Positions 46,649 through 56,815 of a stretch of DNA of 64,000 nt are shown here, piece after piece (positions within the stretch are counted from its first letter, which is position 1; every line of letters starts with the position of its first letter). The notes under the pieces were generated by a model. It searched no databases and was not told the DNA's origin. It saw only the letters and a list, made by a program, of their open reading frames with translations. The DNA lies in NCBI GenBank assembly GCA_013361065.1, contig JABWAK010000002.1, positions 2,273-66,272 of the forward strand. Direction: 5' to 3'. The position numbers were made by a program, and so were the translations under genes. This DNA is from Bacteroidota bacterium. Lineage in GTDB: Bacteria > Bacteroidota > Ignavibacteria > UBA10030 > UBA8401.

Positions 46649-47623
46649 ATGAAAGAGATGATGAAAGCGGCGCTCTATTATGAATACGGCGGGCCGGAGG
46701 TGGTGAAGATCGGTACCGCACCGAAACCGATGCCGAAAGAGGATGAGGTGCTCATCCGCGTCCACGCAAGCACGGTCAACAGGACCGACTGCGGATTCCG
46801 TTCGGCGGAGTATACGATCGTCCGTCTCTTCGGCGGACTGTTCCGTCCCAAACTCAACATCCTCGGCTGTGATTTCGCCGGAGAGATCGCTGCGGTCGGG
46901 AGCGCGGTGAGCAGCTATGCACCGGGCGACCGAGTGGTGGGATTCGAGGAGTGGAAATTCGGCGCACATGCGGAGTACATCATCCAGAAAGCGAACCAGC
47001 CGTTCACGCGCATTCCGGACGGGATGACGTACGAACAGGCAGCGCCGATCCTGGAGGGGGCGCACTATGCGCTGAACAATCTCCGCGCTGCCGGCATCGC
47101 TCCCGGACAGCGCTGGCTCATCAACGGCGGCACCGGTGCGATCGGTTCCGCCGCGGTCCAGCTGGCAAAGTATTTCGGCGCGCATGTAACGGCGGTCTGC
47201 GCCGGCAGCCACAGGGAGCTGGTCCGTTCCCTCGGTGCCGATGATGTGATCGATTATCAGAGCGAGGATTTCACCCGACGGCCGCAGCGGTTCGATGTGG
47301 TGTTCGATGCCGTCGGTGCGCGGACCTTCGGCGAATGCAAACCGGTCCTGACCCCGAAAGGGATCTACATGTCCACCGAACTCGGTCCCGGTTCACAGAA
47401 CCCGTTCCTCGCCCTGATCACCCCCTTCACCGGCGGCAGGAAGGTCCTTTTCCCCATCCCCACCCTCACAGTGGAGGATGTGGAGTTCATTGTCCGCCTT
47501 GTGACCGAAGGGAAATTCCGTCCGCTTGTCGACAGGACCTATCCTTTGGACCGGATCGTGGAAGCCTATGCGTATGTGGAAACGAGGATGAAGATCGGGA
47601 ATGTGGTGCTGACGATCCCGTAG
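46649..47623 (+). CDS. Zinc-type/MDR-superfamily NAD(P)-dependent oxidoreductase (quinone oxidoreductase-like)
   Basis: ...GGTGAIGSAAVQLAKYFGAHVTAV... Rossmann GxGxxG; AAGGA SD-like before ATG 46649. Confidence 0.8.
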   Translation: MKEMMKAALYYEYGGPEVVKIGTAPKPMPKEDEVLIRVHASTVNRTDCGFRSAEYTIVRLFGGLFRPKLNILGCDFAGEIAAVGSAVSSYAPGDRVVGFEEWKFGAHAEYIIQKANQPFTRIPDGMTYEQAAPILEGAHYALNNLRAAGIAPGQRWLINGGTGAIGSAAVQLAKYFGAHVTAVCAGSHRELVRSLGADDVIDYQSEDFTRRPQRFDVVFDAVGARTFGECKPVLTPKGIYMSTELGPGSQNPFLALITPFTGGRKVLFPIPTLTVEDVEFIVRLVTEGKFRPLVDRTYPLDRIVEAYAYVETRMKIGNVVLTIP

Positions 47624-47741
47624 CGATGCGGCGGGGACCTTCCCGGACTTCGGACCGGGCATGGTGACGGAAAATTATTGAACTTCGTCCTGCGGCGCGG
47701 TGTTATCCAGAACATCCATTGAATCTCAGCCGCGAACGACC

Positions 47742-48218
47742 ATGACGATCTACACCCTTGAACAACAGCAATTCCTTCCTATCTCCCTGGACCAGGCCTG
47801 GGAGTTCTTCTCCAATCCCCACAATCTGAAGGATATCACCCCGCCGTCGATGGACTTCCGGGTGATCTCGGAGACCGGCTATGAAACGTATGCCGGGCTC
47901 ATCATCCAGTACACCGTGAAGCCGATGTTCGGCATCCCGGTCCGCTGGGTCACCGAGATCACGCATGTCCGGGCGCCGCACTTCTTCGTGGACGAGCAGC
48001 GGTTCGGTCCGTACACCTTCTGGCACCATCAGCATCTCTTCCGCGCGGTGCCGGGCGGCGTGGAGATGAAGGATATCGTCAGCTACGCCCTGCCGTTCGG
48101 TCCCCTCGGCAGACTGGTGCGGGAACTGATCGTGAAACGGCAGCTGGAGCGGATCTTCGGATACCGGCGGAGCGTGCTGGAGAAACGGTTCCCGGGGGAC
48201 GCTGCCGGTTTATATTGA
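47742..48218 (+). CDS. SRPBCC-family protein (polyketide cyclase/START-like)
   Basis: Fold signature. Confidence 0.65.
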   Translation: MTIYTLEQQQFLPISLDQAWEFFSNPHNLKDITPPSMDFRVISETGYETYAGLIIQYTVKPMFGIPVRWVTEITHVRAPHFFVDEQRFGPYTFWHHQHLFRAVPGGVEMKDIVSYALPFGPLGRLVRELIVKRQLERIFGYRRSVLEKRFPGDAAGLY

Positions 48219-48275
48219 GGCAGGAAAACAGTATCTTTCTGCATGACAATCTCCGGATCATGCATGGACAGAACG

Positions 48276-48956
48276 ATGCAGCGCTGCGGCCTCCTTCTCA
48301 CATTCGCATTCCTCCTTCTCTCGTCCGCCGCCGCACAGCCTGCGGTGAAACTGAGCGGCATCCTGTTCGACCTCGGTCCGATCTTCCACGGTGACGTGAA
48401 ACAGGTGCCGCTGGTGATCACCAATACCGGCGACCAGCCGCTGCGCATCCTCGGCGTGGAGACCTCGTGCGGCTGCACCTCGGCCAAACAGCCGGCCGAG
48501 TTCATCGCTCCCGGCGCCTCCGATTCGGTGATCATCAGTTTCAACTCGCTCGGATTCTCCGGCCGCATCACCAAGATCGTCACCATCCGGACCAACGACC
48601 CGCGTCAGCCGTACTCGGAAGCACGCATCACCGGCACCGTCACCTCCGTGCTGGAAACGGTCCCGCCGATGCAGGTGGTGAACTTCGGAGGTTCCCCGGT
48701 CGGCACGACGACGACAGTGGACATCACTTTCCGCAACACACTCGATGAACCGGTGACCATCACCCGGATCGCCGTACCGGACACCGCTGTGCGCACCGCA
48801 TTCACCGCCGCTGAGGTCGCACCCGGCGCGGTGGTCTCCATCCCGTTCACCTTCACTCCCGCGAACCGTACATTCACGGAGAATTATCTGTACATCCACA
48901 CGTCCGACCCGCGGCAGCCGAAACTGCCGGTGCGGTACATGTACCTCGGACGATGA
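48276..48956 (+). CDS. DUF1573 domain protein (two repeats), secreted
   Basis: Signal peptide; ETSCGCTSAKQP hallmark of DUF1573. Confidence 0.7.
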   Translation: MQRCGLLLTFAFLLLSSAAAQPAVKLSGILFDLGPIFHGDVKQVPLVITNTGDQPLRILGVETSCGCTSAKQPAEFIAPGASDSVIISFNSLGFSGRITKIVTIRTNDPRQPYSEARITGTVTSVLETVPPMQVVNFGGSPVGTTTTVDITFRNTLDEPVTITRIAVPDTAVRTAFTAAEVAPGAVVSIPFTFTPANRTFTENYLYIHTSDPRQPKLPVRYMYLGR

Positions 48957-49963
48957 CCAATCCTGCACCGATCATGTCCTACACCGCCTCATCCACCCGT
49001 TACCAGTCCATGCAGTACCGCCGCTGCGGCAAGAGCGGCATCAAACTCCCGGTCATCTCGCTCGGTCTCTGGCACAACTTCGGTCATGTGGACGACCTGG
49101 AGAATGCGCGGACCATCCTCCGGCTGGCATTCGACATCGGCATCACGCATTTCGATCTGGCGAACAACTATGGTCCGCCGCCCGGCTCGGCGGAGGAGAA
49201 CTTCGGCACGATCATGAAACAGGACCTCCATCCGTACCGCGACGAGATGATCATCTCCACGAAGGCGGGATACTACATGTGGGAAGGACCGTACGGCGAA
49301 TGGGGATCGAAGAAGTATCTTGTCTCCAGCCTCGACCAGAGTCTGAAACGGATGGGACTGGAGTACGTGGATATCTTCTATCATCATCGTCCGGACCCGG
49401 GAACGCCGCTGGAAGAGACGATGTCCGCGCTCGACCTGATCGTCCGCCAGGGCAAAGCGCTCTACGCCGGCATCTCCAACTACAAAGCGGAGGATGCGGC
49501 GAAAGCGATCGCGATGCTGCGGGAACTCGGCACACCCTGCCTCATCCATCAGCCGAAGTATTCGATGTTCGAACGGTGGGTGGAAGGGGGACTGCTGGAT
49601 GTGCTGGGCACGGAAGGGGTCGGCTGCATCCCGTTCTCGCCGCTGGCGCAGGGACTGCTCACCGACCGCTACCTGCACGGCATCCCGGCCGATTCGCGTG
49701 CCGGCCGCTCCGGCATCTTCCTGAAACCGGCACAGATCACCGAAGAGAAGCTGGCGAAAGTGCGGGCACTCAATGATATCGCGCAGCAGCGCGGACAGAC
49801 ACTGGCGCAGATGGCGCTCGCCTGGGTGCTGAAGGATGAGCGGGTCACCTCCGTGCTGATCGGCGCCAGCAAACCGTCCCAGGTGACCGATGCTGCCGGG
49901 GCGCTCAGCCGCGGTCCGTTCACTGCGGGTGAACTGGCCGCCATCGAAGCGATCCTGGCATGA
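48953..49963 (+). CDS. Aldo/keto reductase, YghZ/Tas-like
   Basis: MQYRRCGKSGIKLPVISLGLWHNFG... AKR signature. Confidence 0.85.
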   Translation: MTNPAPIMSYTASSTRYQSMQYRRCGKSGIKLPVISLGLWHNFGHVDDLENARTILRLAFDIGITHFDLANNYGPPPGSAEENFGTIMKQDLHPYRDEMIISTKAGYYMWEGPYGEWGSKKYLVSSLDQSLKRMGLEYVDIFYHHRPDPGTPLEETMSALDLIVRQGKALYAGISNYKAEDAAKAIAMLRELGTPCLIHQPKYSMFERWVEGGLLDVLGTEGVGCIPFSPLAQGLLTDRYLHGIPADSRAGRSGIFLKPAQITEEKLAKVRALNDIAQQRGQTLAQMALAWVLKDERVTSVLIGASKPSQVTDAAGALSRGPFTAGELAAIEAILA

Positions 49964-50092
49964 CCGGCGCCGCAGATCGTCCGGGGTCGTTACAGCATTC
50001 TCATAGCGTTACCGTTGCACTCCTGTTCCTTTGTCGCTACATTCATCAGCACGACCGATCATTGACCGTTCCATCACACCGATCCCGCACCG

Positions 50093-51289
50093 ATGCAGCC
50101 TGAACCGGCCGACCTGCAGACACTCTACGAACGCCTCCGCGAAAGCGAGGAGAAGTACCGCCGTCTGGTGGAGAATGCGGCGGATGTCATCTACCGGACA
50201 GACGGCGAGGGACGGTTCATCTACGTCAATCCGGTCAGTCTGAAGATCTTCGGATACTCCGAAGAGGAGTTCATGGGCCGGCACTATCTGGAATTGATCC
50301 ATCCCTCCTTCCGCAACAAAGCGCGGCAGTACTACGCTACACAGTTCTTCAACGGTCAGTTCACGTCGTACCTGGAATTCCCGGCGGTGACGAAGGACGG
50401 ACGGGAGTTCTGGTTGGGTCAGAACGTCCAGCCGCTGATGGAGGAAGGGCAGATCATCGGATTCCAGGCGGTGGCGCGCGACATCACGGACCGGGTGCAT
50501 GCCGAGGAGGCGATGCGGCGTTCGGAGGAGGAGGTGCGGAAACTCAATGCCGAACTCGAACAGCGGGTGCGGGAGCGGACGGCGCAGCTGGAGAACGCCA
50601 ACCATGAACTGGAGGCGTTCAGTTACTCCGTCTCCCACGACCTGCGCGCACCGCTGCTCACCATCAACGGTTTCACGCAGTTCCTGGCGATGCATCTTGG
50701 TGACAAGCTGGATGATGAGGCGAAGCGCCTCCTCTCCATCATCCGCAGCAACACGCAGACCATGCAGCACCTCATCTCCGCCCTGCTGATGCTCTCCAAG
50801 ACCAACAAGAAGGAGCTGGAGATGACCGTCATCGACATGCAGGCGCTGGCGAAGGAGACCTACGAGGATATCGCGTCCGCAGAAGCGAAGGAACGCATCG
50901 TCATCGACATCCCGCCGATGCCCGAAGCGACCGGGGACCGGCTGCTGCTGCGGCAGGTCTGGACGAACTTGCTTTCCAATGCGATTAAATTTACTTTAGC
51001 GCAGGATGAACGGAGGATCACCCTCGGCGGACGGAGCGAGGAGCACCGGAACATCTATTTTGTGAAGGATTCAGGGGCCGGATTCGATATGAAGGATGCC
51101 GGGAAGCTGTTCGGCGTCTTCTCCCGGCTCCATACGGACGAACAGTTCGAGGGGACCGGGATCGGTCTCTCCATCGTCCGGCGCGCCATCCACCGCCATC
51201 ACGGGGAGGTCTGGGCCGAAGGGGAATTGGGTAAAGGAGCGACCTTCTCGTTCGCTCTGCCGCTGTCACCGCAGCCATTGCAGACGTAA
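50093..51289 (+). CDS. PAS-domain sensor histidine kinase
   Basis: PAS, HisKA (SYSVSHDLRAPL), HATPase_c (N, G1, G2 boxes). Confidence 0.9.
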   Translation: MQPEPADLQTLYERLRESEEKYRRLVENAADVIYRTDGEGRFIYVNPVSLKIFGYSEEEFMGRHYLELIHPSFRNKARQYYATQFFNGQFTSYLEFPAVTKDGREFWLGQNVQPLMEEGQIIGFQAVARDITDRVHAEEAMRRSEEEVRKLNAELEQRVRERTAQLENANHELEAFSYSVSHDLRAPLLTINGFTQFLAMHLGDKLDDEAKRLLSIIRSNTQTMQHLISALLMLSKTNKKELEMTVIDMQALAKETYEDIASAEAKERIVIDIPPMPEATGDRLLLRQVWTNLLSNAIKFTLAQDERRITLGGRSEEHRNIYFVKDSGAGFDMKDAGKLFGVFSRLHTDEQFEGTGIGLSIVRRAIHRHHGEVWAEGELGKGATFSFALPLSPQPLQT

Positions 51290-51319
51290 GAACATTCCAT
51301 CATCGAAAGGACCATCATC

Positions 51320-51766
51320 ATGTCTGACCAACCGGTCAACATCCTCCTTGTGGAGGACAATCCTCATCACGCTGAACTTGCCATGAAGGCACTGAAGATG
51401 CACAACCTGGCCGAGAACTTCGTCTGGGTGAAGACCGGCGAGGATGCCGTCGATTTCATCCTTTGCCGGGGCGAGTTCGCATCGCGTACCATCGCCAATG
51501 CACCGAAGGTGGTGCTGCTGGACCTGAAGCTGCCCAAGAAGAGCGGTCTGGACGTCCTGCGGGAGATCCGCGCGGACGAACGGACCAAGGATATCCCGGT
51601 GGTGATGCTCACCACCTCCCGCGAGCAGAAGGATATCGTCGAAGGGCATAATCTGGGACTGAACGGCTATGTGGTGAAGCCGGACGATTTCGAGAAGTTC
51701 GCCGAAGCGATCCGCAACGTGGGATACTACTGGCTGGTGCTCAACCAGCAGCCGAAGAAGGCCTGA
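51320..51766 (+). CDS. Single-domain response regulator (CheY-like receiver)
   Basis: NILLVEDNPHH...VVLLDLKLPKKSG... receiver motifs. Confidence 0.9.
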   Translation: MSDQPVNILLVEDNPHHAELAMKALKMHNLAENFVWVKTGEDAVDFILCRGEFASRTIANAPKVVLLDLKLPKKSGLDVLREIRADERTKDIPVVMLTTSREQKDIVEGHNLGLNGYVVKPDDFEKFAEAIRNVGYYWLVLNQQPKKA

Positions 51767-51794
51767 CCGTACCGCATCACGGTCACCGCAACGA

Positions 51795-51832
51795 ACGTCA
51801 GCCCGCCCCTGTGTGCGGGCTGTTCGTTTTCC
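51795..51832 (+). terminator. Intrinsic terminator after the response-regulator gene
   Basis: CAGCCCGC-ccctgtgt-GCGGGCTG followed by TTCGTTTTCC. Confidence 0.6.
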
Positions 51833-51857
51833 TCCCGCACCGATCATCCGTCACCGC

Positions 51858-53417
51858 ATGAAGAATACACGACGCAGCCGACTGCGACACCTCATCGTCA
51901 CCGCCATCCTCCTGTGCGCATCCGCCGCTCCGGCGAACGCTCAGGAGCATACCTCCAGGAACTCGCTCGACTGGTCCGGCACCTACACCGGCACCGTGCC
52001 GTGCGCGGACTGTGAAGGGATCGGTACGACCGTGCTGCTCCGCAGCAACGGCACGTTCCGGCTGGAGCAGGAATACCGCGGCCGGTCCGCTGCGGTCTTC
52101 ACGGACAGCGGACGCTTCCTCTGGAAGTCTGACGGCCGGACGATCGAACTGCGTCCGATGAACGGCGAGCGCCGTCTGTTCAGCGTCGGCGAGGAGAAGC
52201 TGACCATGCTGGACAAGAACGGACGACCGGTGCGCGGTCCGCTGGCACAGCATTATATCCTGACAAAGGAACGTCCGCTGCTGCCGCTCATCGACGAGGT
52301 GCTCCGTGCATCCGTCCGGCAGAGTCTTGCGATGGCTCGATCGCTGGAGGAGCGGCCCGGAATGCTCCCCCGGTCGACGGACAAGAACGGTGCGCTGGTC
52401 ACCTGCACGTCGCAATGGTGGACGAGCGGATTCTTCCCGGGAACGCTCTGGTATCTGTACGAGTCGTCCGGCAATGATACACTCCGGCGGTACGCGGAGA
52501 TGTTCACCCGCCGGGTGGAACGGGAACAGTACACCACGGACAATCACGATGTCGGGTTCATGATCAACAACAGTTACGGCAACGCGTACCGCATCACCGG
52601 GGATACGCTCTACCGCCGTGCATTGCTGAATGCATCGCGTTCCCTGCTCACCCGCTTCCATCCCGTCATCGGCGCCACGCGCTCCTGGGATACGCACACG
52701 CATAACCGTCACTGGCAGTTCGCGGTGATCATCGACAACATGATGAATATGGAACTGCTTCTGCGGAGCGCGGCTGAGTTCTCCGAGCCCTCCTTCACCG
52801 CTGCGGCCCGTTCGCATGCCGGCGTCACGATGCGGCACCACTTCCGTCCAAACGGAAGCAGCTACCATGTGGTCAGCTATGATACGGTCACCGGACAACC
52901 GCACCGGAAGCAGACCGCACAGGGCTACAGTGATTCGTCCGCTTGGGCGCGCGGTCAGGCGTGGGGATTGTACGGGTTCACCATGATGTACCGTTTCACC
53001 CGCGACACCGCCTATGTGCGGCAGGCGGAACGGATCGCCGACTTCATTCTGCATCATCCCCGCCTCCCTGCGGATAAGGTGCCGTACTGGGACTTCGATG
53101 CTCCCTCCATACCGGATGCACCGCGCGATGCATCGGCGGCCGCCATCATCGCCTCCGCTCTCATCGAACTGAGCCGGTACACTGCACCGGAGCGGCGCAG
53201 GGAGTATCTCCGTATCGCGGAACTGCAGCTCCGCTCCCTCAGTTCACCGGAGTACCGGAATGCACCGGGCACACATGCGAACTTCCTTCTGCGGCACAGC
53301 GTCGGCAGCATTCCGCACAAGAGTGAGATCGATGTACCGGTCTCCTACGCTGACTATTATTTTGTCGAAGCACTTCTTCGGATGAAGAACATACTGGCAG
53401 AAGAACAGCATCGGTAA
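51858..53417 (+). CDS. Fusion of NlpE N-terminal (copper-resistance lipoprotein-like) domain with a glycoside hydrolase family 88 unsaturated glucuronyl hydrolase
   Basis: Signal peptide; DWSGTYTGTVPCADCEGIGTTVLLRSNGTF (NlpE_N); GH88 core ...SWDTHTHNRHWQFAVIIDNMMNMELL...AQGYSDSSAWARGQAWGLYGF. Confidence 0.75.
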   Translation: MKNTRRSRLRHLIVTAILLCASAAPANAQEHTSRNSLDWSGTYTGTVPCADCEGIGTTVLLRSNGTFRLEQEYRGRSAAVFTDSGRFLWKSDGRTIELRPMNGERRLFSVGEEKLTMLDKNGRPVRGPLAQHYILTKERPLLPLIDEVLRASVRQSLAMARSLEERPGMLPRSTDKNGALVTCTSQWWTSGFFPGTLWYLYESSGNDTLRRYAEMFTRRVEREQYTTDNHDVGFMINNSYGNAYRITGDTLYRRALLNASRSLLTRFHPVIGATRSWDTHTHNRHWQFAVIIDNMMNMELLLRSAAEFSEPSFTAAARSHAGVTMRHHFRPNGSSYHVVSYDTVTGQPHRKQTAQGYSDSSAWARGQAWGLYGFTMMYRFTRDTAYVRQAERIADFILHHPRLPADKVPYWDFDAPSIPDAPRDASAAAIIASALIELSRYTAPERRREYLRIAELQLRSLSSPEYRNAPGTHANFLLRHSVGSIPHKSEIDVPVSYADYYFVEALLRMKNILAEEQHR

Positions 53418-53605
53418 TTTTCTTGCTCTGAAAGGCATCATCGGGAGGATGAAGGTAGCTCGGATAAGGAAAAATTTGCGAATTTGGACAAAAATGTCGG
53501 TTTTTAAGTTGCACGTGTTTACGTAGTTGTTTTTGATCATTCCGGTTGTTTATTTTGGCTTTGGACAGGTATCATTCCAATGTCTCATACCGGGGGGATC
53601 AGCAC

Positions 53606-54031
53606 ATGCCGCACCAGACATCCTTCGATACATCTGCTGGGATCATCATCAACACCTTGACCGGAACCGTCGACACCGGATTGCTGCGGACCGTGTTGAA
53701 AGGATCAGCGGAAGCCTGGCGCACGACACAGTACACGCGCTGGCTGAACGATCTGAGCAATGCCGAGGACCGGTTGACGACGCTGGACATCTACGACCTG
53801 CCGAAGTATATGGAGGAACTCCGCAAGACGACCGGCGTACCGATCCACAATATCCGGATCGCCGTGGTGGTGCAGTCGCGGACATCGGAGCATCTGTTCG
53901 CAGAAATGGTCAGTGCGAACCGCGGACAGAATATCCGGGTCTTTCTCGACCAGCCTTCCGCTCGGGAATGGCTGGTGAATACGCTCGGCAGAACGGTTCC
54001 GGCTCCCCCCTCCCCGCTCAGCAGGATGTGA
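53606..54031 (+). CDS. STAS-like hypothetical protein, paralog of 35357-35737
   Basis: ...IRIAVVVQSRTSEHLFAEMVSANRGQNIRVFLDQPSAREWL aligns with the C-terminus of the 35357 protein; overlapping 53527 frame rejected. Confidence 0.45.
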   Translation: MPHQTSFDTSAGIIINTLTGTVDTGLLRTVLKGSAEAWRTTQYTRWLNDLSNAEDRLTTLDIYDLPKYMEELRKTTGVPIHNIRIAVVVQSRTSEHLFAEMVSANRGQNIRVFLDQPSAREWLVNTLGRTVPAPPSPLSRM

Positions 54032-54102
54032 CCGCCGCCCGCACGGTTAAACGTCCCCATCCTGCTGATTGTCCAATCCGCACTGAACAATACAAGGCTT
54101 TC

Positions 54103-55443
54103 ATGACGTTCCGTCCGCTCCTTCTCGCACTCATCCTCATCATTCATACCGCTGCAGCGCAGCAGCTCTATTTCCCGCCGCTCACCGGAGCACAGTGGGA
54201 CACGCTCTCCCCTGCATCGCTCGGATGGAACACCGCCGCGATACCGGAACTCTATTCGTTCCTGGAGAGCAGCAACTCCAAAGCATTCATCGTTTTGAAG
54301 GACGGGAGGATCGTGCTGGAGAAATACTTCGGGACCTTCACACGGGACAGCAACTGGTACTGGGCCTCGGCGGGGAAATCGATGACCTCGTTCCTGATCG
54401 GCATCGCGCAGCGCGAGGGCTCACTGTCGATCAACGATACAAGCTCGCGATGGCTCGGCACCGGATGGACCTCTCTTCCTTTGGACAAGGAGCGGAAGAT
54501 CACCGTGCGGCACCAGCTGACGATGACGAGCGGACTGGACGACGGGGTGGCGGACGATGACTGCACCCTTCCCGGCTGTCTGGTGTACAAAGCGGATGCC
54601 GGAACGCGGTGGGCGTATCACAACGCGCCGTACACTCTGCTCGACTCCGTGATCCACTATGCCGCCGGAACGACGCTGAACCTTTTCTTCATCAACCGGG
54701 TCCGTTCCAAGACCGGCATGAACGGCGGATATCTGCGGAACGGATACAACAACGTACTCTACTCCACCCCGCGCAGTATGGCCCGGTTCGGTCTACTGAT
54801 GCTGAACAAGGGATACTGGGGCACGACCGCCATCCTGGATGATACAGCATACATCAATGCGATGACCCGGTCCTCCCAATCCCTCAACCCTTCGTACGGG
54901 TACCTCTGGTGGCTGAACGGTAAGAATTCCTACATGGTGCCGGGACTCCAGACCGTCATCCCCGGTCCGCTCGCCCCGGCGGCTCCGTCCGGTATGTACG
55001 CAGCGATGGGAAAGAACGGTCAGTTCATCAATATCGTGCCGGAGATGGGATTGGTGATGGTGCGGATGGGGGATGCGCCGGACAACTCGCTGGTGCCGTT
55101 CCTGCTGAACAATGATATCTGGGTGCGGCTGAATGCTGTGATCAGCGGACCGTCCGGCGCTGATCGGCCGGCTGCAGTACCATCATTCACCTTGTCGCAG
55201 AATTTCCCGAATCCATTCAATCCTTCGACCTCGATGCAGGTCACGCTGCCGCAGGAGGCACCGGCGGAGCTGCGGATCTTCAATGCGCTCGGACAGGAGG
55301 CTGCGCTGCTCCATTCAGGGGTCCTTGCTGCCGGCACACACACGTTCCGGTGGGATGCGTCGTCATTTGCCGGAGGGGTCTATCTGTGTCGGTTACAGTC
55401 AGAAGGCGTTGTACGGACGATAAAACTCGTCGTAGTGAAATGA
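54103..55443 (+). CDS. Serine hydrolase (beta-lactamase/transpeptidase fold) with T9SS C-terminal sorting domain
   Basis: Signal peptide MTFRPLLLALILIIHTAAAQ; SAGKSMTS (SxxK); C-terminus LSQNFPNPFNPSTSMQV...GVYLCRL... (T9SS CTD). Confidence 0.8.
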   Translation: MTFRPLLLALILIIHTAAAQQLYFPPLTGAQWDTLSPASLGWNTAAIPELYSFLESSNSKAFIVLKDGRIVLEKYFGTFTRDSNWYWASAGKSMTSFLIGIAQREGSLSINDTSSRWLGTGWTSLPLDKERKITVRHQLTMTSGLDDGVADDDCTLPGCLVYKADAGTRWAYHNAPYTLLDSVIHYAAGTTLNLFFINRVRSKTGMNGGYLRNGYNNVLYSTPRSMARFGLLMLNKGYWGTTAILDDTAYINAMTRSSQSLNPSYGYLWWLNGKNSYMVPGLQTVIPGPLAPAAPSGMYAAMGKNGQFINIVPEMGLVMVRMGDAPDNSLVPFLLNNDIWVRLNAVISGPSGADRPAAVPSFTLSQNFPNPFNPSTSMQVTLPQEAPAELRIFNALGQEAALLHSGVLAAGTHTFRWDASSFAGGVYLCRLQSEGVVRTIKLVVVK

Positions 55444-55485
55444 AAATGTGTAGTGAAAGATGTCGTGCGAGAAGAACAATACAGC

Positions 55486-55660
55486 CATTCCAATATTATC
55501 AGAATTATCAAGATTGCATGATTGAGTCGTGGAGTAAAGTTGGGGGAAAAGCGATTGGAAGTTTATCAGAATTAGCTGAAGAATAAAGTGAAAACACAAA
55601 GAAATATGTCTGATTACTGATTACTGATAGCTGATCACTGACAGCTGAAAGCTTTTTCCG
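55486..55660. repeat. Degenerate single copy of the 46194-46620 repeat unit followed by a CTGA(T/C)(T/A)A simple repeat, in a convergent-gene spacer
   Basis: ATTATCAAGATTGCATGATTGAG...GCGATTGGAAGTTTATCAGAATTA...GAAAACACAAAGAAATA versus the unit GCGATTGAAAGATTATCAAAATTGCAAGATTC...GGAAACACATAG; then CTGATTACTGATTACTGATAGCTGATCACTGACAGCTGA. Confidence 0.6.
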
Positions 55661-55679
55661 CGCCTATCTGTTTTGCTGT

Positions 55680-56774
55680 TCATTGGTCTTGGGCCTGCAG
55701 CGCTTTCCGGATGACGGGAGCGACCTGTGTTCCGAACAATTCGATGCATTTCATCATCTTGTCGTGCGGCATCGTGCCGACACTGAACTGGATGAGGAAC
55801 CGGTCATGCCGGAACAGTTCATACTCGTACAGGATCTTATCGATGATCTGCTGCGGACTGCCGACGAAGAGTGCGCCGTGCGGGGAACATTCGGCGTCGT
55901 ACCGTGCGCGTGACGGCGGCGGCCAGTTCCTCTCCCTGCCGATCCTTCCCATCACCTCCGCATACGGAGGGTAATAGAGGTCCCGCGCTGCCTGCGCGTC
56001 CTCCGCAATGAAGCCGTGTGAGTTGATGCTCAGTTTGAGTCCCTTCGGATCGCGGTTGATGTTCTTCCAGGTGCTGCGGTACAGTTCCGCGAACGGTTCG
56101 AACCGGTCCGGCGTGCCGCCGATGATGGCGATCGCCATCGGCAGACCGAGCACCGCTGCGCGCACCACCGACTCCGGCGTCCCACCTACCGCCACCCAGA
56201 TCGGCATCTCCGGCTGCACGGAACGGGGATAGATCCCCAGATCGTCGATGGCCGGACGGTGCCGTCCACTCCATGTCAGCTGTTCCGTCTTCTGGATCTT
56301 CATCAGCATCTCCAGCTTCTCCTGGAAGAGCGAATCATACTTCTGCAGGTCGTAGCCGAACAGCGGGAACGATTCGATGAACGAACCCCGCCCCGCCATG
56401 ATCTCCGCCCGTCCGTTGGAGAGCAGGTCGACCGTTGCGAAGTCCTGATAGACGCGGACCGGGTCGTCGCTGCTGATCACCGTCACCGCGCTGCTCAAAC
56501 GGATGTTCTTCGTGACCGCCGCCGCAGCTGCCAGCACGACCGCCGGGGAGGAGACGAGGTATTCCGGACGGTGATGCTCGCCGAGGGCGAAGACATCCAG
56601 TCCGAGCTGGTCCGCCAGCGTGATCTCCTCCATCAGGTTCCTCATCCGCTCGGCGGGCGGCATGAGCGGTTTGTTGTTCGCATCGACGGGGATCTCCACA
56701 AAGGAGTAGATTCCTAGTTCCACGGTACTGTTCCTTCTTTGAATGAGATGCAAGATACAAAAAAAAGTCCGCAC
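55680..56774 (-). CDS. LLM-class flavin-dependent oxidoreductase (luciferase-like monooxygenase)
   Basis: ...DVFALGEHHRPEY...AVTVISSDDPVRVYQDFATVDLLSNGRAEIMAGRGSF... ; true start may be internal GTG near 56723. Confidence 0.8.
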   Translation of the reverse strand: MRTFFCILHLIQRRNSTVELGIYSFVEIPVDANNKPLMPPAERMRNLMEEITLADQLGLDVFALGEHHRPEYLVSSPAVVLAAAAAVTKNIRLSSAVTVISSDDPVRVYQDFATVDLLSNGRAEIMAGRGSFIESFPLFGYDLQKYDSLFQEKLEMLMKIQKTEQLTWSGRHRPAIDDLGIYPRSVQPEMPIWVAVGGTPESVVRAAVLGLPMAIAIIGGTPDRFEPFAELYRSTWKNINRDPKGLKLSINSHGFIAEDAQAARDLYYPPYAEVMGRIGRERNWPPPSRARYDAECSPHGALFVGSPQQIIDKILYEYELFRHDRFLIQFSVGTMPHDKMMKCIELFGTQVAPVIRKALQAQDQ

Positions 56775-56815
56775 CCGTAACGGCTGCGGACCGGAGGATG
56801 TTCATCACGCTCTTG

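Noticed and set aside
53527-54100. N-terminal 190 aa of ORF 53527-55443 as part of the serine hydrolase
   Set aside because: It is low-complexity and Arg-rich, and overlaps the better-supported STAS-like ORF in another frame. The hydrolase has its own signal peptide starting at Met 54103.
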